From: Oscillospiraceae bacterium
GTDB taxonomy: Bacteria; Bacillota; Clostridia; Oscillospirales; CAG-272
Direction of reading: 5' to 3'
Assembly (NCBI GenBank): GCA_015063325.1
Contig: SVUK01000014.1
Coordinates: forward strand, 9,918 to 73,917
Length of the DNA: 64,000 bases
The translations under genes were made by a program, and so were the position numbers. The notes under the pieces were generated by a model, which did no database searches, was not told the origin of the DNA, and saw nothing but the letters and a program-made list of their open reading frames with translations. This document shows, piece by piece, positions 18,345 through 26,280 of the stretch (the first letter of the stretch is position 1; every line of letters starts with the position of its first letter).

Positions 18345-18778
18345 AGAGAGGAAGACCTTGAGGGGGAGGAAACTTTTTTGCAAAAAAGTTTCCTCCCCCT
18401 CAAACTCCTCCTCTTTCAAAAAACTCCAACCAAGAGGGGTTGGAGTTTTTTTGAAAGTGACTTTCTGCACCGCTCCGAATGAGGAATGACAGAGAGCAAT
18501 ACTTTTTCAGTTCGACTGTTTTGATCAAACCTCACTCGGAGCAGAAAACAAAATCGTTTTCAAAAACTCCAACCTTTATTGGTTGGAGTTTTTGAAAAGG
18601 GAGGGGACGGGCGCGACCGCCGCCGGTGGCGGAAGCAGGGAGCGCGAGGAGTGGCTGCGGTCGAAAAGCGCAAGGATTAGCGCGGATGCGCCCGTAGCGA
18701 TTTTCGGGCACCGCAACAGGATGGCTTGGGGGAGGGAGAAACTTTTTCCAAAAAGTTTCTCCCTCCCCCAAGGTCTCC
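18345..18778. repeat. Intergenic palindromic repeat cluster C5
   Basis: GE hairpin at 18358-18403, identical to the 5824 and 39149 copies. AAAAACTCCAACC..GGTTGGAGTTTTT hairpins at 18418-18452 and 18562-18593. PQ copy at 18601-18720. GE-type hairpin at 18726-18772. Confidence 0.85.
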
Positions 18779-18780
18779 CC

Positions 18781-20190
18781 CTACCTTTTCTCTTGCCTTC
18801 GCAGATAGAGCGCCGCGCAGGTAAAATGCACCAGTGCGGTCAGCGCCCAGGAGATGGGATAGGAGATGTAGATCATTTCCAGCGTTCCCGTTGACCGGAA
18901 AACGGTCATAATCCAAAGAACGCGGAAGACGCAGATTCCCACAAGCGAAACGGCGGTGGAAACAAAGGATCGTCCCAGTCCGCGCAAAACGCCCGAGCCG
19001 ACCTCCATTACGGCGAGCAGGAAATAAAGGGGCATCATGTAGATCGTTCGTACAAAGGCGGTGTGATAAGCCAGCTGTTCCAGCGAACCTTCTGCCGCCG
19101 GGTGGATGCCGTAAAGCGCGAGAAGCGGTTGGCGGAACAGGCAGAACGCGCCGCCGAACAAAAGCCCGATCAGCGTAGTAATCAAATAACAGCACCCCAT
19201 CACGCGCCAGACGCGGCGGTACTTTCCGGCGCCGGCGTTCTGCCCGGTAAAAGTGATGGCGGCTTGATAAACCGCGTTTGTGGCAGTGTAGGCAAACCCT
19301 TCCAAATTCCCAGCCGCCGCGTTTCCGCTGACGATGGGTTGAAAGGTTTCGTTTGCCGGGACCATGGCGTTGTTGACCTGTAAAATCGAGGATTGAATGG
19401 TCATATTGGAAATGGAGAAAAGCACGCCTTGCAGGCTTGCCGGAAAGCCGACCAGCGCCATATCGCGCAGTGCGCGCGGATCAAATCGCAAGCGGCGGAA
19501 AGAAAAGCGGCAGGAACCGCGGCATTTGGAGAGCCGCCAAAGCAAAAGAATTGCCGAAAGCAGGTTGGAGCCTGCCGTTGCCAGCGCAACGCCCTCTACC
19601 GAAAGTCCGACGGCAAGGACGAAAAAGAGATTGAACCCTACATTGAAAAGTCCCGAAAGGGTCAAAATCCGAAAAGGCGTTCGCGTGTCTCCCCTTGCGC
19701 GGAAAATAGAAATGAGAAAGTTGGTCAGCGAAATGAACGGCAGTCCGACAAAATAAATACTTGTATACAAAACGGCAAGATCCAAAAGATCGTTGCGCGC
19801 CCCCAAAAGCGAGAGGAGCGGACGGGCAACCGGAATTCCAACGCCAACGCCTAAAATACCAAGCACCAGTCCGGCAATCAGCGAGGTATGAACCGCGCGG
19901 GAAACGCCGCGGCTGTCGCCGGCACCGATCCGCCGGGCAACCACTACGTTTGCGCCGATGGAAAGCCCCATAAAAATATTAAGAACAAGGTTGATCATGG
20001 CTCCCGTTGTACCAATGGCGCCGACGGCATTTTCCTCATTGGAAAGGCTGACCACCATCATGTCCGCCGCGTTGTAAAAGGTTTGCAACAGGTTGGTCAG
20101 CATTACGGGCAACGTAAAAAGAAGGATCTTGACAAACAAAGGTCCCTCGGTCATATTAGGAGTTTTGAATTTGGATTTCACTCCGTTCAT
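18781..20190 (-). CDS. MATE family efflux transporter
   Basis: 469 aa with 12 predicted TM segments. The N-terminus ..GPLFVKILLFTLPVMLTNLLQ.FYNAADMMVV is typical of MATE/NorM-like proteins. Confidence 0.85.
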   Translation of the reverse strand: MNGVKSKFKTPNMTEGPLFVKILLFTLPVMLTNLLQTFYNAADMMVVSLSNEENAVGAIGTTGAMINLVLNIFMGLSIGANVVVARRIGAGDSRGVSRAVHTSLIAGLVLGILGVGVGIPVARPLLSLLGARNDLLDLAVLYTSIYFVGLPFISLTNFLISIFRARGDTRTPFRILTLSGLFNVGFNLFFVLAVGLSVEGVALATAGSNLLSAILLLWRLSKCRGSCRFSFRRLRFDPRALRDMALVGFPASLQGVLFSISNMTIQSSILQVNNAMVPANETFQPIVSGNAAAGNLEGFAYTATNAVYQAAITFTGQNAGAGKYRRVWRVMGCCYLITTLIGLLFGGAFCLFRQPLLALYGIHPAAEGSLEQLAYHTAFVRTIYMMPLYFLLAVMEVGSGVLRGLGRSFVSTAVSLVGICVFRVLWIMTVFRSTGTLEMIYISYPISWALTALVHFTCAALYLRRQEKR

Positions 20191-20341
20191 AAAGAATCCG
20201 CGCCGCCCCTTTCAAAAAAGCAATTTAAAAAAGAATGAAAATATGAATTCAAAAGGCAATAAAAAATTGTAAAGTCAATTCAAATATAAAAGACAGAAAA
20301 ACCGACCGCCCTCGCAAACGACTGCGAAAGCGGTCAGTATT

Positions 20342-20947
20342 TCAGTGCCGTTTGCGAACGGCGTAAATCACGCGCTCAATGCCGGGAGCAAGAATCACAT
20401 TAACGACAAGCTCCACCAAAAAGTTGACGCCGACAATTCCGAGCAGGGTGTAAACAATCAGGTTGGAGTAGGTTGTTCCGCCCATCCATAGGGTGGCAAC
20501 GTCGCGGTAGAAGGTCAACAGTCCGATGCAGAAAATTCCGGTATTGACCACAGGGCAGGCGATTGCCGCCACAAACAAACCGGGCAACGGATGATTGTGC
20601 TTGACAAACGCGCGGCAGATCAGCCCCGAAACCAGTCCGGCGGCAATGCCCTTGACCATGCAGAGCACCACGGTAAGCACCGGCAGTTTTTCAAACATCA
20701 TATAAGCGCCGACATCGGCACCGGTGACGGTTGCAATCGTTACAACCAATCCGAAAACGCCGCCCAAAAACGCCCCTGAAAGAGGTCCGTAGAGGATGGC
20801 GCCCAAAACGATGGGGACTAGCGAAAATGTAAAGGAAACGGGTCCGACTTTCACACCGGCGGCAAACACCTGAAAAACGACGACCAAAGCCGAGAGAACC
20901 GCAGTTCCCACCAATGTTTCAATTCTCTTTTTATTTTGCGTCACCAT
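20342..20947 (-). CDS. ECF transporter S component (substrate unknown)
   Basis: 201 aa with about 6 TM segments. The size and glycine-rich helices resemble ECF S-components. No riboswitch is recognisable upstream. Confidence 0.65.
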   Translation of the reverse strand: MVTQNKKRIETLVGTAVLSALVVVFQVFAAGVKVGPVSFTFSLVPIVLGAILYGPLSGAFLGGVFGLVVTIATVTGADVGAYMMFEKLPVLTVVLCMVKGIAAGLVSGLICRAFVKHNHPLPGLFVAAIACPVVNTGIFCIGLLTFYRDVATLWMGGTTYSNLIVYTLLGIVGVNFLVELVVNVILAPGIERVIYAVRKRH

Positions 20948-21039
20948 AAAAAGCCTCCTTTATGCCGACAAAGAAACAAGATGTTCCCATTATAACATCT
21001 TTTTCCCGTTTTTGCAAGACCTTTTGTGCCGATATTTTG

Positions 21040-21545
21040 CACAAAAAAGAAAATCGCAACCGGTGGGGGAGGTGGAAAGACCTTGAGTTGGGGTGGGAGG
21101 CTTTTCTTGAAAGAAAATGCCTCCCACCCCCCTCTTAAATTCTCTTCCACCCACCAAAAAATTTTTAAAAAAAAGGAGAAAGAAATCGTTTTTGATTTTG
21201 CTTTTTGCAGATTTTATCAAGGGTGCTAAAGAAAACCACATTCAAAAATTCCCCCAAAATCCCCTTTTTAAAGTTCTTTCAGGGGGTGGGGACGAGCGCG
21301 ACCGCCGCCTGTGGCGGAAACAGGGAGCGCGAGGAGTGCAAATATTCGCTTTCGCGTAGCGAAACGCCGGTGTTCAGCCGGCGAGAATATTGCGTAGTGA
21401 GCCGTTTGCGGCGAACGTTGGCAGCAGGTCGAAATTTCTGCGAGCAGCAATGCGAGCAATAGAAATTTCGGGCACCGCAACAGGGTGGTGCAGGGGGAGG
21501 GGGACATTTTCTTTCAAGAAAAGTCCCCCTCCCCCTGCAGATTCT
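21040..21545. repeat. Intergenic palindromic repeat cluster C6
   Basis: GGGGTGGGAGGC..GCCTCCCACCCC hairpin at 21090-21130. An A/T-rich linker related to 34800-34925. The longest PQ copy at 21287-21484, carrying the 82-bp insert at 21339-21420. TGCAGGGGGAGGGGGAC..GTCCCCCTCCCCCTGCA hairpin at 21489-21539. Confidence 0.85.
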
Positions 21546-21562
21546 TCCCACATGTCCGGAGG

Positions 21563-22357
21563 TTATTTTTCGGCGTCTGCGTCCTCATAGGCGGTGTCGG
21601 TGGAAATGGAGGCAATCGCCGCCGCAGGGAAATAATCCAAGGGATCGATCGTCTCGCCGTTCACCGTCATTTCCAGGTGCAGGTGCGGTTCTTCGGCAAT
21701 CTCCGCCATGGCGCTTTCTCCAACCGTTCCGATGCGCTGACCGCGCAAAACCTCCGCTCCTTCGGCAATCCCTTCGGGAAGCTCAAGCGCAAGGTTTTTA
21801 TAGATGGTTTGCGAGTTGGCGGCATGGGAAACGGCAATGCATTTTCCCATCATCGGGTCGTCCCAAATACGGGTGATTGTTCCGTCGGCGGCGGCAAGAA
21901 CCGGGGCACCCTCCTCGGTGGCAAGGTCAATGCCGCTGTGAACGCGGAAGTCCTGCATGGTGCGCGAAAAAACCTGAATCTCCATGCTGTGCGCCTGCAA
22001 AAGCGTTCCGTTGCTCACCGGCAGAGAAAGAGTGGGAACGGTGGGCTTGGGCGGTTCCGGTTCGGTTTTGGGATCGGGCTGCGTCTTTCCGGTATTGGTA
22101 TCGGTTTTTCCGGTCTCATCCTCTTTTCCGGTGTTGTCCGGCTGGTTCGTCTCGTCAATCGGGTTGAGGACGTCTTGCGCGTTCTGGCGACGAGCACGAT
22201 TGGTGATCGCGGTAATCATCAAAATGACCGAGAGCGTGACCAAAATGATGATAACAGTAAGAAAAACGGCGCGATTGACGCGGATGGAGCGCAGCTTTTG
22301 TGCAAATTTGGATTCCTGCGGCTCCTGATTCGAATTTTGTTGATTGGTTTTCGGCAT
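21563..22357 (-). CDS. M23 (LytM) family metallopeptidase with N-terminal TM anchor
   Basis: ORF trimmed to the ATG at 22357 (MPKTNQQNSNQ). It has a TM helix, a low-complexity linker, and the HSGIDL and HLHLE zinc motifs. Confidence 0.8.
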   Translation of the reverse strand: MPKTNQQNSNQEPQESKFAQKLRSIRVNRAVFLTVIIILVTLSVILMITAITNRARRQNAQDVLNPIDETNQPDNTGKEDETGKTDTNTGKTQPDPKTEPEPPKPTVPTLSLPVSNGTLLQAHSMEIQVFSRTMQDFRVHSGIDLATEEGAPVLAAADGTITRIWDDPMMGKCIAVSHAANSQTIYKNLALELPEGIAEGAEVLRGQRIGTVGESAMAEIAEEPHLHLEMTVNGETIDPLDYFPAAAIASISTDTAYEDADAEK

Positions 22358-22438
22358 AATAATTGCTCCTTTTCGGTATGAAAATTTCGGATAGCAAAGG
22401 ATTTTTGTCTCCGATCTCATTTTTTGCCGTTTGGCGCG

Positions 22439-22649
22439 GATTTATACAAAGGAGCCGTTTTTTTCGTAAAAAGGAGACAGCGCGGCTTTTTTTCCGGCAA
22501 ATTCACGCTATGTTCATATTTGCATGATATAATATGAATTTATAAAACACAGTATCGTTTGAAGTTTATAGAATACGGCATAATGTGAACCAATAGAGTG
22601 CGGCATAGCATGAATTTATAGAACATGGTATGGCATGAATTTATAAAAA
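22439..22649 (+). repeat. Dispersed copies of the A(A/T)TTTATA(A/G)AA motif upstream of the ABC operon
   Basis: GGATTTATACAAAGG at 22439, ATGAATTTATAAAAC at 22534, GAAGTTTATAGAATA at 22561, ATGAATTTATAGAAC at 22611 and ATGAATTTATAAAAA at 22635. Several copies are preceded by GGCAT. A TGATATAAT extended -10 lies at about 22524-22532. Confidence 0.7.
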
Positions 22650-22737
22650 TTGAAATTGTGTAATTTTCTTGGAAAAAACGAAAATCAGGCGCCGAAAACG
22701 GAAAAAATACCGAATGAGTGGGTTTTTGCCGCAGGCG

Positions 22738-22812
22738 GCAAATTTATAAAAGACAAATTTATAAAAAGCAAATTTATAAAAAGCAAATTTATAAAAGGCA
22801 AATTTATGAAAA
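22738..22812 (+). repeat. Five head-to-tail 15-bp repeats (G/A)CAAATTTAT(A/G)AAA(A/G) directly upstream of the ABC ATPase start
   Basis: Copies at 22738, 22753, 22768, 22783 and 22798. The array ends at the RBS AAAGGGAGGA. Confidence 0.9.
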
Positions 22813-22825
22813 AGGGAGGATCCAC

Positions 22826-23905
22826 ATGATCCGCATTGAACATTTGGTCAAAAATTACGGTTCCAACTGCGCGTTGGACGACGTCAGTTTTTCCGTTTCG
22901 CAAGGCGAAATCGTCGGGTTACTCGGTCCGAACGGCGCCGGAAAAAGCACGGCGATGAATATTCTCACCGGTTACCTTTCCTCCACCTCGGGAAAGGCGA
23001 TGATCGACGGTGTGGATATTTTAAGCGACCCTTTGCGCGCAAAGAAAATGATCGGATATCTGCCCGAACAGCCGCCCCTTTATCCGGATATGACCGTTTG
23101 GGAATACCTCTCTTTTTGCTATGATCTCAAGGGTTGCCGTGGGGATCGCGCTGCGCATTTGCGCGAAATTTGCGATACGGTGCGCCTCTCGGATGTTTCG
23201 GGACGGCTGATTCGCCATCTTTCCAAAGGCTACCGTCAGCGCGTGGGAATCGCGCAGGCAATGGTGGGCGACCCAAAAGTAATCATCTTTGACGAACCCA
23301 CCGTTGGACTGGATCCCAAACAGATCATTGAAGTGCGGAACCTGATCCGCGGACTGGGAAAAACGCATACCGTCATTCTTTCCACCCATCTTTTGTCCGA
23401 GGTACAGGCGGTTTGCGACCGCATCGTCATCATCAACAAAGGACGCATCGTCGCCGATGAAAAGACCGAGCGCATTGCAAACGCCGTTTCGGAAAGCCGA
23501 CGCTTTCGCGCCAAGATTTGCGGACCGCAGGAGCTGGTGCTGCAGGCGCTTTTGGAAATGCCCGGCGTTGCACGCGCCGAGCTTTTGCCCGAACGGGACG
23601 GCGACGCGAGCGTTTACGCGCTGGAAACCGAACAGGGGCTGGACATTCGCAAAAAGCTGTTCTATTTGCTCTCCGAACGCGGCTGGGCGCTGGTAGGATT
23701 GGAATCATCGGGCGTGAATTTGGAGGACATTTTCCTCTCGGTGGTAAACTCTTCCGATCAATCGGGCACCAAACGCGCGCCGCGAAGCGCGCGCAAAACG
23801 CGGCGCGGCAAAGCCACGGAGGAGGAAACGCTGGGCGAGGCGCTTTACGAGGACGCCGACCGCCGCCGCAAGGAATCCGCCGCACAAAAAAACGACGAAG
23901 ATTAA
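22826..23905 (+). CDS. ABC transporter ATP-binding protein (GldA-like) with a charged C-terminal tail
   Basis: ATG at 22826 lies 7 nt after GGGAGGA. Walker A GPNGAGKST, signature LSKGYRQR and Walker B IIFDEPT are present. The last 50 or so residues are low-complexity and basic/acidic. Confidence 0.9.
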   Translation: MIRIEHLVKNYGSNCALDDVSFSVSQGEIVGLLGPNGAGKSTAMNILTGYLSSTSGKAMIDGVDILSDPLRAKKMIGYLPEQPPLYPDMTVWEYLSFCYDLKGCRGDRAAHLREICDTVRLSDVSGRLIRHLSKGYRQRVGIAQAMVGDPKVIIFDEPTVGLDPKQIIEVRNLIRGLGKTHTVILSTHLLSEVQAVCDRIVIINKGRIVADEKTERIANAVSESRRFRAKICGPQELVLQALLEMPGVARAELLPERDGDASVYALETEQGLDIRKKLFYLLSERGWALVGLESSGVNLEDIFLSVVNSSDQSGTKRAPRSARKTRRGKATEEETLGEALYEDADRRRKESAAQKNDED

Positions 23906-23920
23906 GAAAGGAAGAGGACG

Positions 23921-24694
23921 ATGAGAGCCATTTACCGCAAGGAACTTCGTTCCTATTTTATCAACCCCATCGGGTATATCTATCTGGGCATATTCCTCGT
24001 TGCGTCTGCAATCCTGTTCTATTTTACCGTTCTTGCAAGCGCAACCTACAGCACGGCGGCGTATTTCACCGTTTTGGTGGGATCTCTTGTGGTGCTCGTT
24101 CCGCTTTTGACCATGCGGCTGTTTGCCGAGGAGAAAAAACAGCGCACCGAGCAGCTGCTCTTGACCGCCCCGGTTACCCTGACCGGTATGGTGCTGGGCA
24201 AATATTTCGCTGCGCTGACCGTTTACGGCGCCGGCGTGCTGGTCTCCTGCGTCAATTTTATTCCCCTTTCCTTCATTGCGGCGGCGGAACGTGCCGACGA
24301 GACCGAATCGCTTCGCTCGATTGTCGGACCCGTTGCCGGAGAGATTGTGGGCGGCGTAGTCGCGCTCCTTTTGGTCGGCGCGGCGCTGATCGCCGTCGGC
24401 ACCCTGATTTCTTCGCTTACCGAAAATCAGCTCTCGGCGGCAATCGTTTCCATCGGGGTCATCGGCGGAATGACGCTGATCGGACTGCTCAACCGGATTA
24501 CCGACGCCAACGGTCAGCCGTGGATCCGTTTTGCATGGATTCGGAGCGCTTTGGACTGGATTTCGGTACTGGGCAGATTTGCAAGCTTTACCAACGGCAT
24601 TTTTGATTTTGCCGCTATATTCTATTATCTTTCCATCGCCTTCGTTTTCCTGTTTTTAACAGTGCGCGTTTATGAAAAACGCCGCTGGGGTTAA
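23921..24694 (+). CDS. ABC-2 type permease (GldF-like)
   Basis: 257 aa with 6 TM segments. The start MRAIYRKELRSYF.NPIGY is typical of ABC-2 permeases of this operon type. Confidence 0.8.
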   Translation: MRAIYRKELRSYFINPIGYIYLGIFLVASAILFYFTVLASATYSTAAYFTVLVGSLVVLVPLLTMRLFAEEKKQRTEQLLLTAPVTLTGMVLGKYFAALTVYGAGVLVSCVNFIPLSFIAAAERADETESLRSIVGPVAGEIVGGVVALLLVGAALIAVGTLISSLTENQLSAAIVSIGVIGGMTLIGLLNRITDANGQPWIRFAWIRSALDWISVLGRFASFTNGIFDFAAIFYYLSIAFVFLFLTVRVYEKRRWG

Positions 24695-24713
24695 GAGAAA
24701 GGGAAACCAAAAT

Positions 24714-26249
24714 ATGAACAAGCAGTTTTTGAAAAACCGCAGGGCGAAGTACGGCGGCATTTCGGTGCTTTTGACCATTCTTTTGCTGATTTGTGTCCTG
24801 CTTGCAAACGCGCTCTTCGGAACGCTGGCGGCGCGCTACGGCTGGACGGTCGATCTGCACCCGGTTCAAACCTTCCCGGTGGGCGAAACATCGGCGGTGC
24901 TGATCAATGAGGCACTGCGCTTTGCCGAAAACAATGTGCAAATCCATTTTTGCGACAGTCCCGAAAATTTGGAGCAAGGTTCGCTCGTTTCCTATGTCTA
25001 CGAAACGGCGAAACAGTTTTCCGAACGGGATAATCGAATCGAAATCGTTTATCATGATATTCTGCTCGATCCCGAAAGCGTGGGCGAATATCTGACCTCA
25101 ACCGTCATTGACACGAAAACCGGTACCGAGACCACGCAAACGATCACGCTGCAAAAAACAAGCGTGATCGTTACCTCAGGAGAGAAACACCGGGTTTATT
25201 CGATTGGCGAGTTCTTCCAATACGAAAACGGCGACTCGGTGCCGACGGCGTATGCCGGCGAAAAGAAGCTGACCGCCGCCATTCTGCGCGCCACGGCACT
25301 CGGCGCACCGGTCGCCTGCCTGACCAACAACCACGGCGAGGCATATTACGACACTGAGCTTTTGTCCATTTTGGATGACGCCGGATACGATCTGCGCGGC
25401 ATTGACCTTACCCAATCGGAAATACCGTCGGACTGCGATTTGATTGTCTGCTTTAACCCCAACAAGGATCTTGCCGCCGAAAACGGGATTTCCGCCGTTT
25501 CCGAACGAAAAATTTTGGATGATTTTCTTGCGATTCCCGGGCACTCGCTGCTTGTGTTTTTGGAAAGCGGCACACCCCAACTTCCGGAATGGGACGCCTA
25601 TCTTTCGGAATGGGGTATTTCCCCCTGCTACGCAAAGGACAGCGAAACCGAATACCGTTACCGCGTTCGCGACGAGCTGGGTTCGCTGACATCGGACGGT
25701 TATACCGTTTTGGGAAAATACAGCGAGAACGAACTTGCCGAGGAACTGATGCAAAACATTTCCCAAACGCCGGTCTTCTCGGGCGCTACCGGTTTTCGTG
25801 TGGCTTCGGGCTTTGTTCCGTCGGCAAACGGCTCCTACCAAAAAGGGGATCGCCGCGTGGCTGTGTTTTATGAAAGCGGTTCGGGCGCCGTTTCCTATGC
25901 GAACGGCAAGGCGGTGGACGCCGACCCCGTGGGATTGATTGCATATGCCGATCAAACGGTTTTCGGCGGTACTTCTCGCATCGGGGTAATCTGTTCGGTC
26001 GACTTTGCCGCGGCGGAATGGCTCCAACCGAGCGCCTATGGAAACGCTGAAATTCTGTTTCGTATTTTTGAAACCACAAGCGGCGTTCGCAACGTTGGGC
26101 ATATCCCGGCTGTGCCGTTCCCCTCGTCGGTGATGCACGGATTGACGCGCGGCGCGCGCATTGGCTGGACGCTTTTGCTTGTTTTCGCGCCTGCCGTCAT
26201 TGTTGCGTCGGTTGCCGTACCGGTACTTTTGCGGCGAAAACATGATTGA
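24714..26249 (+). CDS. GldG-like ABC-transport auxiliary protein (paralogue 1)
   Basis: ORF 24672..26249 trimmed to the ATG at 24714 (MNKQFLKNRRAKYGG). It has N- and C-terminal TM anchors around a large extracytoplasmic domain, as in GldG. Confidence 0.75.
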   Translation: MNKQFLKNRRAKYGGISVLLTILLLICVLLANALFGTLAARYGWTVDLHPVQTFPVGETSAVLINEALRFAENNVQIHFCDSPENLEQGSLVSYVYETAKQFSERDNRIEIVYHDILLDPESVGEYLTSTVIDTKTGTETTQTITLQKTSVIVTSGEKHRVYSIGEFFQYENGDSVPTAYAGEKKLTAAILRATALGAPVACLTNNHGEAYYDTELLSILDDAGYDLRGIDLTQSEIPSDCDLIVCFNPNKDLAAENGISAVSERKILDDFLAIPGHSLLVFLESGTPQLPEWDAYLSEWGISPCYAKDSETEYRYRVRDELGSLTSDGYTVLGKYSENELAEELMQNISQTPVFSGATGFRVASGFVPSANGSYQKGDRRVAVFYESGSGAVSYANGKAVDADPVGLIAYADQTVFGGTSRIGVICSVDFAAAEWLQPSAYGNAEILFRIFETTSGVRNVGHIPAVPFPSSVMHGLTRGARIGWTLLLVFAPAVIVASVAVPVLLRRKHD

Positions 26250-26280
26250 AAACGAACCGAAGAAAGGAGGATCGCGGAAG

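Noticed and set aside
20948-21040. A riboswitch or T-box leader upstream of the ECF S-component gene, or upstream of fhs, plsY or the MATE gene.
   Set aside because: I could not recognise any conserved riboswitch core (THF, TPP, FMN, preQ1, cobalamin, T-box specifier/T-loop) by eye. A cmscan run would be needed to exclude them formally.
22718-22825. An N-terminal extension of the ABC ATPase through the 15-bp repeats (QIYKR/QIYKK x5 from GTG 22718).
   Set aside because: The canonical ATG at 22826 has a strong RBS (AAAGGGAGGA) at ideal spacing. The ABC fold starts at MIRIEHL. The extension would start at a GTG with no RBS, inside a hairpin. The in-frame property is noted in the findings but is not called as coding.
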